DNA of 64,000 nt, taken from contig OZ024742.1 of the NCBI GenBank assembly GCA_964016885.1, positions 179,428,001 to 179,492,000 of the forward strand, in the 5' to 3' direction. This DNA is from Eledone cirrhosa (taxonomy: Eukaryota). The position numbers and the translations under genes were made by a program. Shown in pieces: positions 13,101 to 28,100 of the stretch (its first letter is position 1; every line of letters begins with the position of its first letter). The notes under the pieces were generated by a model. It did not search any database, was not told where the DNA came from, and saw only the letters and a list, made by a program, of their open reading frames with translations.

Positions 13101-16100
13101 GGGCACCCAAATAATAAACGGACCCCCCCCCCATAAAAAAACGGGGAACCCAAATAAAAAACGGGGTACCCAAATTAAGAACGGACCGCCCCCATAAAAA
13201 GACGGGGCACCCAAATAAAATAAGGGGTACCCAAATAAAAAACGGGGTAACCAAATAAAAAACGGACCACCCCATAAAAAAACGGGGCACCCAAATAAAT
13301 AACGGACCCCACCATAAAAAAACGGAGCACCCAATTAAAAAACGGACCCCCCCCCCCATAAAAAACGGAGCACCCAAATAAAAAACGGGGTACCCAAATA
13401 AAAAAACGGACCCCCCCATAAAAAACAGGGCACTCAAATAAAAGACGGGGTACCCAAATAGACAACGTGGCACCCAAATAAAAAACGGACCCCCCCATAA
13501 AAAAACGGGGCACCCAAATAAAAAACGGGGTACCCAAATAAAAAACGTGGCACCCAAATAAAAAACGGCCCCCCCATAAAAAAAGTGTCACCCAAATAAA
13601 AAGCGGACCCCCCTAAAAAAACGGGTCACCCAAATAAAAAACGGGGTACCCAAATAAAAAACGGGGTATCCAAATAAAAAACGGACCACCCCATAAAAAA
13701 ACGGGGCACCCAAATAAAAAACGGGGTACCCAAATAAAAAACGGACCCCCCCCCCCATAAAAAAACGGGGCACCCAAACAAAGAACGGGGTACCCAAATA
13801 AAAAACGTGGCACCCAAATAAAAAACGGACCCCCCATAAAAAAACGTGTCACCCAAATAAAAAACGGACCCCCCCATAAAAGAACGGGGCACCCAAATAA
13901 AAAACGGGGTACCCAAATAAAAACGGACCCCCCATAAAAAAACGGGGCACCCAAATAATAAACGGACCCCCCCATAAAAAAACGGGGCACCCAAATAAAA
14001 AACGTGTCACCCAAATAAAAAACGTACCCCCCCATAAAATAACGGGGCACCCAAATAAAAAACGGGGTACCCAAATAAAAAACGGACCCCCCCATAAAAA
14101 AACGGGGCACCCTTATAATAAACGGACCCCCCCATAAAAAAACGGGGCACCCAAATAAAAAACGGGGTACCCAAATTAAGAACGGACCGCCCCCATAAAA
14201 AACGGGGCACCCAAATAAAAAACGGGGTACCCAAATAAAAAACGGGGTAACCAAATAAAAAACGGACCCCCCATAAAAAAACGGAGCACCCAATTAAAAA
14301 ACGGACCCCCCCCATAAAAAACGGGGCACCCAAATAAAAAACGGACCCCCCATAAAATAATTTGTCACCCAAATAAAAAACGGACCCCCCATAAAATAAC
14401 GGGGCACCCAAATAAAAAACGGGGTACCCAAATAAAAAACGGACCCCCCCATAGAAAAACCAGGCACCCAAATAAAAAATGGGGTACCCAAATAAAAAAC
14501 GGACCCCCCCATAAAAAAACGGGGCACTCAAATAAAAAACGGATCCCCCCATAAAAAAACGGGTCACCCAAATAAAAAATGGGGCACCCAAATAAAAAAC
14601 GGGGTACCCAAATATAAAACGGCGCACCCAAATAAAAAAACGGGGCACCCAAATAAAAAACGGGGTACCCAAACAAAAAACGGCCCCCCCATAAAAAAAC
14701 GGGGCACCCAAATAAAAAACGGGGTACCCAAATAAAAAACGGACCCCCCCATAAAAAAACAGGGCACCCAAATAAAAAACGGACCACCCCCATAAAAAAA
14801 TGGGGCACCCAAATAAATAACTGACCCCGCCCATAAAAAAACGGGGCACCCAAATTAAAAATGAACCCCCCCATAAAAAAAACGGGGCACAAAAATAAAA
14901 ACGGGGTACCCAAATAAAAAAACGGACCCCCCCCTAAAAAAACGGGGCACCCAAATAAAAAACGGGGTACCCAAATAAAAAACGGGGTAACCAAATAAAA
15001 ACGGACCCCCCCATAAAAAAACGGGGCACCGGGCACCCAAATAAATAACGTACCCCACCATAAAAAAACGGAGCACCCAATTAAAAAACGGACCCCCCCA
15101 TAAAAAACGGGGCACCCAAATAAAAAACGGGGTACCCAAATAAAAAACGGACCCCCCCATAAAAAAACGGGGCACCCAAATAAAAAACGGGGTACCCAAA
15201 TAAAAAACGTGACACTCAAATAAAAAACGTAACCCCCCATAGAAAAACGGGTCACCCAAATAAAAAACGGGGTACCCAAATAAAAAACGGACACCCCCCA
15301 TAAAAAATGGGGCACCCAAATAAAAAACGGGGTACCCAAATAAAAAACGGACCCCCCCATAATAAAACGGGGCACACAAATAAAAAACGGACCCTCCCAT
15401 AAAAGAACGGGGCACCCAATTAAAAAACGGGGTACCCAAATAAAAAACGGCGCACCCAAATAAAAAACAGGGTACCCAAATAAAAAACGGCGCACCCAAA
15501 TAAAAAAACGGGGTACCCAAATAAAAAACGGGGTAACCAAATAAAAAACGGACCCCCCCCATAAAAAAACGGGGCACCCAAATAATAAACGGACCCCCCC
15601 CCCATAAAAAAACGGGGAACCCAAATAAAAAACGGGGTACCCAAATTAAGAACGGACCGCCCCCATAAAAAGACGGGGCACCCAAATAAAATAAGGGGTA
15701 CCCAAATAAAAAACGGGGTAACCAAATAAAAAACGGACCACCCCATAAAAAAACGGGGCACCCAAATAAATAACGGACCCCACCATAAAAAAACGGAGCA
15801 CCCAATTAAAAAACGGACACCCCCCCCATAAAAAACGGAGCACCCAAATAAAAAACGGGGTACCCAAATAAAAAAACGGACCCCCCCATAAAAAACAGGG
15901 CACTCAAATAAAAGACGGGGTACCCAAATAGACAACGTGGCACCCAAATAAAAAACGGACCCCCCCCATAAAAAAACGGGGCACCCAAATAAAAAACGGG
16001 GTACCCAAATAAAAAACGTGGCACCCAAATAAAAAACGGCCCCCCCATAAAAAAAGTGTCACCCAAATAAAAAGCGGACCCCCCCTAAAAAAACGGGTCA

Positions 16101-19100
16101 CCCAAATAAAAAACGGGGTACCCAAATAAAAAACGGGGTATCCAAATAAAAAACGGACCACCCCATAAAAAAACGGGGCACCCAAATAAAAAACGGGGTA
16201 CCCAAATAAAAAACGGACCCCCCCCCTATAAAAAAACGGGGCACCCAAACAAAGAACGGGGTACCCAAATAAAAAACGGACCCCCCCCTAAAAAAACAGG
16301 GCACACAAATAAAAAACGGACCACCCCCATAAAAAAATGGGGCACCCAAATAAATAACTGACCCCGCCCATAAAAAAACGGGGCACCCAAATTAAAAATG
16401 AACCCCCCCCATAAAAAAACGGGGCACAAAAATAAAAAACGGGGTACCCAAATAAAAAAACGGACCCCCCCATAAAAAACGGGGCACCCAAATAAAAAAC
16501 GGGGTACCCAAATAAAAAACGTGGCACCCAAATAAAAAACGCCCCCCCCATAAAAGAACGTGTCACCCAAATAAAAAACGGACCCCCCTCCCATAAAAAA
16601 ACGGGGCACCCAATTAAAAAACGGGGTACCCAAATAAAAAACGCCCCCCCCTAAAAAAACGGGGCACCCAAATAAAAAACGGGGTACCCAAATAAAAAAC
16701 GTGGCACCCAAATAAATAACGCCCCCCGCCCATAAAAAAACGTGTCACCCAAATAAAAAACGGACCCCCCATAAAAGAACGGGGCACCCAAATAAAAAAC
16801 GGGGTACCCAAATAAAAAACGGAACCGCCCCCCATAAAATAACGGGGCACCCAAATAAAAAACGAGGTACCCAAATAAAAAACGGACCCCCCCATAAAAA
16901 AACGAGGCACCCAAATAAAAAACGGGGTACCCAAATAAAAAACGGAACCCCCCCCATGAAAAAATGGGGCACTCAAATAAAAGACGGAACCCCCCATAAA
17001 AAAACGGGTCACCCAAATAAAAAACGGGGTACACAGATAAAAAACGGACCCCCCCCATAAAAAAACGGGGCACCCAAATAAAAAACGGGGTACCCAAATA
17101 AAAAACGGACCCCCATAAAAAAACGGGGCACCCAAATAAAAAACGGGGTACCCAAATAAAAAACGGACCCCCCCCATAAAAAAACGGGGCACCCAAATAA
17201 AAAACGGGATACCCAAATAAAAAACGGGGTAACCAAATAAAAAACGGACCCCCCCCCCATAAAAAAACGGGGCACCCAAATAAATAACGGACCCCCCCCC
17301 ATAAAAAAATGGAGCACCCAATTAAAAAACGGACCCCCCCCATAAAAAACGGGACACCCAAATAAAAAACAACCCCCCATAAAAAAATGGGGCACTCAAA
17401 TAAAAGACGTGGTACCCAAATAAAAAACGTGACACCCAAATAAAAAACGGACCCCCCCCATAAAAAAACGGGACACCCAAATAAAAAACGGGGTACCCAA
17501 ATAAAAAACGGACCCCCCCCATAATAAAACGGGGCACACAAATAAAAAACGGGGCACCCAAATAAAAAACGGAGTACCCAAATAAAAAACGGACCCCCAA
17601 TAAAAAAACGGGGTACCCAAATAAAAAAGGGGCACCCAAATAAAAAACGTACCCCCCCATAAAAAAACGGGGCACCCAAATAAAAAACGGACCCCCCCAT
17701 GAAAAAACGGGGCACCCAAATAAAAAACGGGGTACCCAAATAAAAAACGGACCCCCCCATAAAAAAACAGGGCACCCAAATAAAAAACGGACCACCCCCA
17801 TAAAAAAATGGGGCACCCAAATAAATAACTGACCCCGCCCATAAAAAAACGGGGCACCCAAATTAAAAATGAACCCCCCCATAAAAAAACGGGGCACAAA
17901 AATAAAAAACGGGGTACCCAAATAAAAAAACGGACCCCCCCCCCCTAAAAAAACGGGGCACCCAAATAAAAAACGGGGTACCCAAATAAAAAACGGGGTA
18001 ACCAAATAAAAAACGGACCCCCCCATAAAAAAACGGGGCACCCAAATAAATAACGGACCCCACCATAAAAAAACGGAGCACCCAATTAAAAAACGGACCC
18101 CCCCCATAAAAAACGGGGCACCCAAATAAAAAACGGGGTACCCAAATAAAAAACGTACCCCCCCATAAAAAAACGGGTCACCCAAATAAAAAACGGGGTA
18201 CCCAAATAAAAAACGTGACACTCAAATAAAAAACGTAACCCCCCATAGAAAAACGGGTCACCCAAATAAAAAACGGGGTACCCAAATAAAAAACGGACCC
18301 CCCCCCATAAAAAATGGGGCACCCAAATAAAAAACGGGGTACCCAAATAAAAAACGGACCCCCCCATAATAAAACGGGGCACACAAATAAAAAACGGACC
18401 CTCCCATAAAAGAACGGGGCACCCAATTAAAAAACGGGGTACCCAAATAAAAAACGGCGCACCCAAATAAAAAACGGGGTACCCAAATAAAAAATGGCGC
18501 ACCCATATAAAAAACGGGGTACCCAAATAAAAAACGGGGTAACCAAATAAAAAACGGACCCCCCCCATAAAAAAACGGCGCACCCAAATAACAAACGGAC
18601 CCCCCCCCATAAAAAAACGGGGAACCCAAATAAAAAACGGGGTACCCAAATAAAAAACGGACCACCCCATAAAAAAACGGGGCACCCAAATAAATAACGG
18701 ACCCCACCATAAAAAAACGGAGCACCCAATTAAAAAACGGACCCCCCCCATAAAAAACGGAGCACCCAAATAAAAAACGGGGTACCCAAATAAAAAACGG
18801 ACCCCCCCATAAAAAACAGGGCACTCAAATAAAAGACGGGGTACCCAAATAGACAACGTGGCACCCAAATAAAAAACGGACCCCCCATAAAAAAACGGGG
18901 CACCCAAATAAAAAACGGGGTACCCAAATAAAAAACGTGGCACCCAAATAAAAAACGGACCCCCATAAAAAAACGGGGCACCCAAATAAAAAACGGGGTA
19001 CCCAAATAAAAAACGGACCCCCCCCATAAAAAAACGGGGCACCCAAATAAAAAACGGGATACCCAAATAAAAAACGGGGTAACCAAATAAAAAACGGACC

Positions 19101-22100
19101 CCCCCCCATAAAAAAACGGGGCACCCAAATAAATAACGGACCCCCCCCATAAAAAAATGGAGCACCCAATTAAAAAACGGACCCCCCCCCATAAAAAACG
19201 GGACACCCAAATAAAAAACAACCCCCCCATAAAAAAATGGGGCACTCAAATAAAAGACGTGGTACCCAAATAAAAAACGTGGCACCCAAATAAAAAACGG
19301 ACCCCCCCCATAAAAAAACGGGACACCCAAATAAAAAACGGGGTACCCAAATAAAAAACGGACCCCCCCCATAATAAAACGGGGCACACAAATAAAACAC
19401 GGGGCACCCAAATAAAAAACGGAGTACCCAAATAAAAAACGGACCCCCAATAAAAAAACGGGGTACCCAAATAAAAAAGGGGCACCCAAATAAAAAACGT
19501 ACCCCCCCATAAAAAAACGGGGCACCCAAATAAAAAACGTGGTACCCAAATAAAAAACGTGGCACCCAAATAAAAAACGGACCCCCCATAAAAAAACGTG
19601 TCACCCAAATAAAAAACGGACCCCCCCATGAAAAAACGGGGCACCCAAATAAAAAACGGGGTACCCAAATAAAAAACGGACCCCCCATAAAATAACGGGG
19701 CAACCAAATTAAAAATGGACCCCCCCATAAATAAAAAGGGGCACAAAAATAAAAAACGGGGTACCCAAATAAAAAACGGACCCCCCCATAAAAAAACGGG
19801 GCACCCAAATAATAAACGGACCCCCCCCATAAAAAAACGGGGCACCCAAATAAAAAACGGGGTACCCAAATAAAAAACGGACCCCCCCATAAAAAAACAG
19901 GGCACCCAAATAAAAAACGGACCACCCCCATAAAAAAATGGGGCACCCAAATAAATAACTGACCCCGCCCATAAAAAAACGGGGCACCCAAATTAAAAAT
20001 GAACCCCCCCATAAAAAAACGGGGCACAAAAATAAAAAACGGGGTACCCAAATAAAAAAACGGACCCCCCCCCCTAAAAAAACGGGGCACCCAAATAAAA
20101 AACGGGGTACCCAAATAAAAAACGGGGTAACCAAATAAAAAACGGACCCCCCCATAAAAAAACGGGGCACCCAAATAAATAACGGACCCCACCATAAAAA
20201 AACGGAGCACCCAATTAAAAAACGGACCCCCCCCATAAAAAACGGGGCACCCAAATAAAAAACGGGGTACCCAAATAAAAAACGTACCCCCCCATAAAAA
20301 AACGGGTCACCCAAATAAAAAACGGGGTACCCAAATAAAAAACGTGACACTCAAATAAAAAACGTAACCCCCCATAGAAAAACGGGTCACCCAAATAAAA
20401 AACGGGGTACCCAAATAAAAAACGGACCCCCCCCCATAAAAAATGGGGCACCCAAATAAAAAACGGGGTACCCAAATAAAAAACGGACCCCCCCATAATA
20501 AAACGGGGCACACAAATAAAAAACGGACCCTCCCATAAAAGAACGGGGCACCCAATTAAAAAACGGGGTACCCAAATAAAAAACGGCGCACCCAAATAAA
20601 AAACGGGGTACCCAAATAAAAAACGGGGTAACCAAATAAAAAACGGACCCCCCCCATAAAAAAACGGCGCACCCAAATAACAAACGGACCCCCCCCATAA
20701 AAAAACGGGGAACCCAAATAAAAAACGGGGTACCCAAATAAAAAACGGACCACCCCATAAAAAAACGGGGCACCCAAATAAATAACGGACCCCACCATAA
20801 AAAAACGGAGCACCCAATTAAAAAACGGACCCCCCCCATAAAAAACGGAGCACCCAAATAAAAAACGGGGTACCCAAATAAAAAACGGACCCCCCCATAA
20901 AAAACAGGGCACTCAAATAAAAGACGGGGTACCCAAATAGACAACGTGGCACCCAAATAAAAAACGGACCCCCCATAAAAAAACGGGGCACCCAAATAAA
21001 AAACGGGGTACCCAAATAAAAAACGTGGCACCCAAATAAAAAACGGCCCCCCCCATAAAAAAACGTGTCACCCAAATAAAAAGCGGACCCCCCTAAAAAA
21101 ACGGGTCACCCAAATAAAAAACGGGGTACCCAAATAAAAAACGGGGTATCGAAATAAAAAACGGACCACCCCATAAAAAAACAGGGCACCCAAATAAAAA
21201 ACGGGGTACCCAAATAAAAAACGTGGCACCCAAATAAAAAACGGACCCCCCATAAAAAAACGTGTCACCCAAATAAAAAACGGACCCCCCCCCCATAAAA
21301 GAACGGGACACCCAAGTAAAAAACGGGGTACCCAAATAAAAAACGGACCCCCCGATAAAATAATGGGGCACCCAAATAAAAAACTAGGTACCCAAATAAA
21401 AAACGGACCCCCCCATAGAAAAACCAGGCACCCAAATAAAAAACGGGGTACACAGATAAAAAACGGACCCCCCCATAAAAAAACGGGGCACCCAAATAAA
21501 AAACGGGGTACCCAAATAAAAAACGGACCCCCCATAAAAAAACGGGGCACCCAAATAAATAACGGGATACCCAAATAAAAAACGGGGTAACCAAATAAAA
21601 AACGGACCCCCCCCCCATAAAAAAACGGGGCACCCAAATAAATAACGGACCCCCCCCATAAAAAAATGGAGCACCCAATTAAAAAACGGACCCCCCCCCA
21701 TAAAAAACGGGACACCCAAATAAAAAACAACCCCCCCATAAAAAAATGGGGCACTCAAATAAAAGACGTGGTACCCAAATAAAAAACGTGGCACCCAAAT
21801 AAAAAACGGACCCCCCCCATAAAAAAACGGGACACCCAAATAAAAAACGGGGTACCCAAATAAAAAACGGACCCCCCCCATAATAAAACGGGGCACACAA
21901 ATAAAAAACGGGGCACCCAAATAAAAAACGGACCCCCAATAAAAAAACGGGGCACCCAAATAAAAAACGGACCCCCCCATAAAAAAACGGGGCACCCAAA
22001 TAAAAAACGTGGTACCCAAATAAAAAACGTGGCACCCAAATAAAAAACGGGGTACCCAAATAAAAAACGTGACACTCAAATAAAAAACGTAACCCCCCAT

Positions 22101-25100
22101 AGAAAAACGGGTCACCCAAATAAAAAACGGGGTACCCAAATAAAAAACGGACCCCCCCCATAAAAAATGGGGCACCCAAATAAAAAACGGGGTACCCAAA
22201 TTAAAAACGGACCCCCCCATAATAAAACGGGGCACACAAATAAAAAACGGACCCTCCCATAAAAGAACGGGGCACCCAATTAAAAAACGGGGTACCCAAA
22301 TAAAAAACGGCGCACCCAAATAAAAAACGGGGTACCCAAATAAAAAACGGCGCACCCATATAAAAAAACGGGGTACCCAAATAAAAAACGGGGTAACCAA
22401 ATAAAAAACGGACCCCCCCCCCATAAAAAAACGGGGCACCCAAATAATAAACGGACCCCCCCATAAAAAAACGGGGAACCCAAATAAAAAACGGGGTACC
22501 CAAATAAAAAACGGACCACCCCATAAAAAAACGGGGCACCCAAATAAATAACGGACCCCACCATAAAAAAACGGAGCACCCAATTAAAAAACGGACCCCC
22601 CCCATAAAAAACGGAGCACCCAAATAAAAAACGGGGTACCCAAATAAAAAACGGACCCCCCCATAAAAAACAGGGCACTCAAATAAAAGACGGGGTACCC
22701 AAATAGACAACGTGGCACCCAAATAAAAAACGGACCCCCCATAAAAAAACGGGGCACCCAAATAAAAAACGGGGTACCCAAATAAAAAACGTGGCACCCA
22801 AATAAAAAACGCCCCCCCCATAAAAAAACGTGTCACCCAAATAAAAAGCGGACCCCCCCTAAAAAAACGGGTCACCCAAATAAAAAACGGGGTACCCAAA
22901 TAAAAAACGGGGTATCCAAATAAAAAACGGACCACCCCATAAAAGAACAGGGCACCCAAATAAAAAACGGGGTACCCAAATAAAAAACGTGGCACCCAAA
23001 TAAAAAACGGACCCCCCATAAAAAAACGTGTCACCCAAATAAAAAACGGACCCCCCCCATAAAAGAACGGGGCACCCAAGTAAAAAACGGGGTACCCAAA
23101 TAAAAAACGGACCCCCCGATAAAATAATGGGGCACCCAAATAAAAAACTAGGTACCCAAATAAAAAACGGACCCCCCCATAGAAAAACCAGGCACCCAAA
23201 TAAAAAACGGGGTACCCAAATAAAAAACGGACCCCCCATAAAAAAACGGGGCACTCAAATAAAAAACGGATCCCCCCATAAAAGAACGGGTCACCCAAAT
23301 AAAAAACGGGGTACCCAAATAAAAAACGGACCCCCCCATAAAAAAATGGGGCACCCAAATAAAAAACGTGGTACCCAAATAAAAAACGTGGCACCCAAAT
23401 AAAAAACGGGGTACCCAAATAAAAAACGTGACACTCAAATAAAAAACGTAACCCCCCATAGAAAAACGGGTCACCCAAATAAAAAACGGGGTACCCAAAT
23501 AAAAAACGGACCCCCCCCATAAAAAATGGGGCACCCAAATAAAAAACGGGGTACCCAAATTAAAAACGGACCCCCCCATAATAAAACGGGGCACACAAAT
23601 AAAAAACGGACCCTCCCATAAAAGAACGGGGCACCCAATTAAAAAACGGGGTACCCAAATAAAAAACGGCGCACCCAAATAAAAAACGGGGTACCCAAAT
23701 AAAAAACGGCGCACCCATATAAAAAAACGGGGTACCCAAATAAAAAACGGGGTAACCAAATAAAAAACGGACCCCCCCCATAAAAAAAAGGGGCACCCAA
23801 ATAATAAACGGACCCCCCCCCATAAAAAAACGGGGAACCCAAATAAAAAACGGGGTACCCAAATAAAAAACGGACCACCCCATAAAAAAACGGGGCACCC
23901 AAATAAATAACGGACACCACCATAAAAAAACGGAGCACCCAATTAAAAAACGGACCCCCCCCCATAAAAAACGGAGCACCCAAATAAAAAACGGGGTACC
24001 CAAATAAAAAACGGACCCCCCCATAAAAAACAGGGCACTCAAATAAAAGACGGGGTACCCAAATAGACAACGTGGCACCCAAATAAAAAACGGACCCCCC
24101 ATAAAAAAACGGGGCACCCAAATAAAAAACGGGGTACCCAAATAAAAAACGTGGCACCCAAATAAAAAACGCCCCCCCCATAAAAAAACGTGTCACCCAA
24201 ATAAAAAGCGGACCCCCCCTAAAAAAACGGGTCACCCAAATAAAAAACGGGGTACCCAAATAAAAAACGGGGTATCCAAATAAAAAACGGACCACCCCAT
24301 AAAAGAACAGGGCACCCAAATAAAAAACGGGGTACCCAAATAAAAAACGTGGCACCCAAATAAAAAACGGACCCCCCATAAAAAAACGTGTCACCCAAAT
24401 AAAAAACGGACCCCCCCCCATAAAAGAACGGGGCACCCAAGTAAAAAACGGGGTACCCAAATAAAAAACGGACCCCCCGATAAAATAATGGGGCACCCAA
24501 ATAAAAAACTAGGTACCCAAATAAAAAACGGACCCCCCCCATAGAAAAACCAGGCACCCAAATAAAAAACGGGGTACCCAAATAAAAAACGGACCCCCCA
24601 TAAAAAAACGGGGCACTCAAATAAAAAACGGATCCCCCCATAAAAGAACGGGTCACCCAAATAAAAAACGGGGTACCCAAATAAAAAACGGACCCCCCCA
24701 TAAAAAAATGGGGCACCCAAATAAAAAACGTGGTACCCAAATAAAAAACGTGGCACCCAAATAAAAAACGGGGTACCCAAATAAAAAACGTGACACTCAA
24801 ATATAAAACGTAAGCCCCCATAGAAAAACGGGTCACCCAAATAAAAAACGGGGTACCCAAATAAAAAACGGACCCCCCCCATAAAAAATGGGGCACCCAA
24901 ATAAAAAACGGGGTACCCAAATTAAAAACGGACCCCCCCATAATAAAACGGGGCACACAAATAAAAAACGGACCCTCCCATAAAAGAACGGGGCACCCAA
25001 TTAAAAAACGGGGTACCCAAATAAAAAACGGCGCACCCAAATAAAAAACGGGGTACCCAAATAAAAAACGGCGCACCCATATAAAAAAACGGGGTACCCA

Positions 25101-28100
25101 AATAAAAAACGGGGTAACCAAATAAAAAACGGATCCCCCCATAAAAAAACGAGGCACCCAAATAAAAAACGGGGTACCCAAATAAAAAACGGAACCCCCC
25201 CATGAAAAAACGGGGCACTCAAATAAAAAAGGGGCACCCAAATAAAAAACGGACCCCCCCATAAAAAAACGGGGCACCCAAATAAAATACGTGGTACCCA
25301 AATAAAAAACGTGGCACCCAAATAAAAAACGGACCCCCCATAAAAAAACGTGTCACCCAAATAAAAAACGGACCCCCCCATAAAAAAACGGGGCACACAA
25401 ATAAAAAACGGGGTACCCAAATAAAAAACGGACCCCCCCATAAAATAACGGGGCACCCAAATTAAAAATGGACCCCCCCATAAAAAAACGGGGCACAAAA
25501 ATAAAAAACGGGGTACCCAAATAAAAAACGGACCCCCCCATAAAAAAACGGGGCACCCAAATAATAAACGGACCCCCCCCATAAAAAAACGGGGCACCCA
25601 AATAAAAAACGGGGTACCCAAATTAAGAACGGACCGCCCCCATAAAAAAATGGGGCACCCAAATAAAAAACGGGGTACCCAAATAAAAAACGGACCCCCC
25701 ATGAAAAAACGGGGCACCCAAATAAAAAACGGGGTACCCAAATTAAGAACGGACCGCCCCCATAAAAAGACGGGGCACCCAAATAAAATAAGGGGTACCC
25801 AAATAAAAGACGGGGTAACCAAATAAAAAACGGACCCCCCCATAAAAAAACGGGGCACCCAAATAAATAACGGACCCCACCATAAAAAAACGGAGCACCC
25901 AAATTAAAAACGGGGTACCCAAATAAAAAACGTACCCCCCTCCCATAAAAAAATGGGGCACCCAAATAAAAAACGGGGTACCCAAATAAAAAACGTTCCC
26001 CCCCATAATAAAACGGGGCACACAAATAAAAAACGGACCCCCCCATAAAAGAACGGGGCACCCAAATAAAAAACGGGGTACCCAAATAAAAAACGGAACC
26101 GCCCCCCATAAAATAACGGGGCACCCAAATAAAAAACGAGGTACCCAAATAAAAACGGACCCCCCCATAAAAAAACGTGTCACCCAAATAAAAAACGGAC
26201 CCCCCCATAAAAGAACGGGGCACCCAAATAAAAAACGGGGTACCCAAAAAAAAAACGGAACCGCCCCCCATAAAATAACGGGGCACCCAAATAAAAAACG
26301 GACCCCCCCATAAAAGAACGGGGCACCCAAATAAAAAACGGGGTACCCAAATAAAAAACGGAACCGCCCCCCATAAAATAACGGGGCACCCAAATAAAAA
26401 ACGAGGTACCCAAATAAAAAACGGACCCCCCCATAAAAAAACGAGGCACCCAAATAAAAAACGGGGTACCCAAATAAAAAACGGAACCCCCCCATGAAAA
26501 AACGGGGCACTCAAATAAAAAACGGAATCCCCCATAAAAAAACGGGTCACCCAAATAAAAAACGCGGTACACAGATAAAAAACGGACCCCCCCATAAAAA
26601 AACGGGGCACCCAAATAAAAAACGGGGTACCCAAATAAAAGACGGACCCCCCATAAAAAAACGGGGCACCCAAATAAAAAAAGGGGTACCCAAATAAAAA
26701 ACGGACCCCCCCCATAAAAAAACGGGGCACCCAAATAAAAAACGGAGTACCCAAATAAAAAACGCGGTAACCAACTAAAAAACGGACCCCCCCCATAAAA
26801 AAACGGGGCACCCAAATAAATAACGGACCCCCCCATAAAAAAAATGGAGCACCCAATTAAAAGACGGACCCCCTCATAAAAAACGGGACACCCAAATAAA
26901 AAACAACCCCCCCATAAAAAAATGGGGCACTCAAATAAAAGACGTGGTACCCAAATAAAAAACGTGGCACCCAAATAAAAAACGGACCCCCCCCCATAAA
27001 AAAACGGGACACCCAAATAAAAAACGGGGTACCCAAATAAAAAACGGACCCCCCCCCCATAATAAAACGGGGCACACAAATAAAAAACGGGGCACCCAAA
27101 TAAAAAACGGGGTACCCAAATAAAAAACGGACCCCCAATAAAAAAACGGGGCACCCAAATAAAAAAGGGGCACCCAAATAAAAAACGGACCCCCCCATAA
27201 AAAAACGGGGCACCCAAATAAAATACGTGGTACCCAAATAAAAAACGTGGCACCCAAATAAAAAACGGACCCCCCATAAAAAAACGTGTCACCCAAATAA
27301 AAAACGGACCCCCCCATAAAAAAACGGGGCACCCAAATAAAAAACGGGGTACCCAAATAAAAAACGGACCCCCCCATAAAATAACGGGGCACCCAAATTA
27401 AAAATGGACCCCCCCATAAAAAAACGGGGCACAAAAATAAATAACGGGGTACCCAAATAAAAAACGGACCCCCCCATAAAAAAACGGGGCACCCAAATAA
27501 TAAACGGACCCCCCCCCCCATAAAAAAACGGGGCACCCAAATAAAAAACGGGGTACCCAAATTAAGAACGGACCGCCCCCATAAAAAAATGGGGCACCCA
27601 AATAAAAAACGGGGTACCCAAATAAAAAACGGACCCCCCATGAAAAAACGGGGCACCCAAATAAAAAACGGGGTACCCAAATTAAGAACGGACCGCCCCC
27701 ATAAAAAGACGGGGCACCCAAATAAAATAAGGGGTACCCAAATAAAAGACGGGGTAACCAAATAAAAAACGGACCCCCCCATAAAAAAACGGGGCACCCA
27801 AATAAATAACGGACCCCACCATAAAAAAACGGAGCACCCAAATTAAAAACGGGGCACCCAAATAAAAAACGGGGTACCCAAATAAAAAACGGACCCCCCC
27901 CCGTAAAAAAACGGGGCACCCAAATAAAAAACGGGGTACCCAAATAAAAAACGTGACACTCAAATAAAAAACGGAACCCCCCATAGAAAAACGGGGTACC
28001 CAAATAAAAAACGGACCCCCCCATAAAAAAATGGGGCACCCAAATAAAAAACGGGGTACCCAAATAAAAAACGGACCCCCCCATAATAAAACGGGGCACA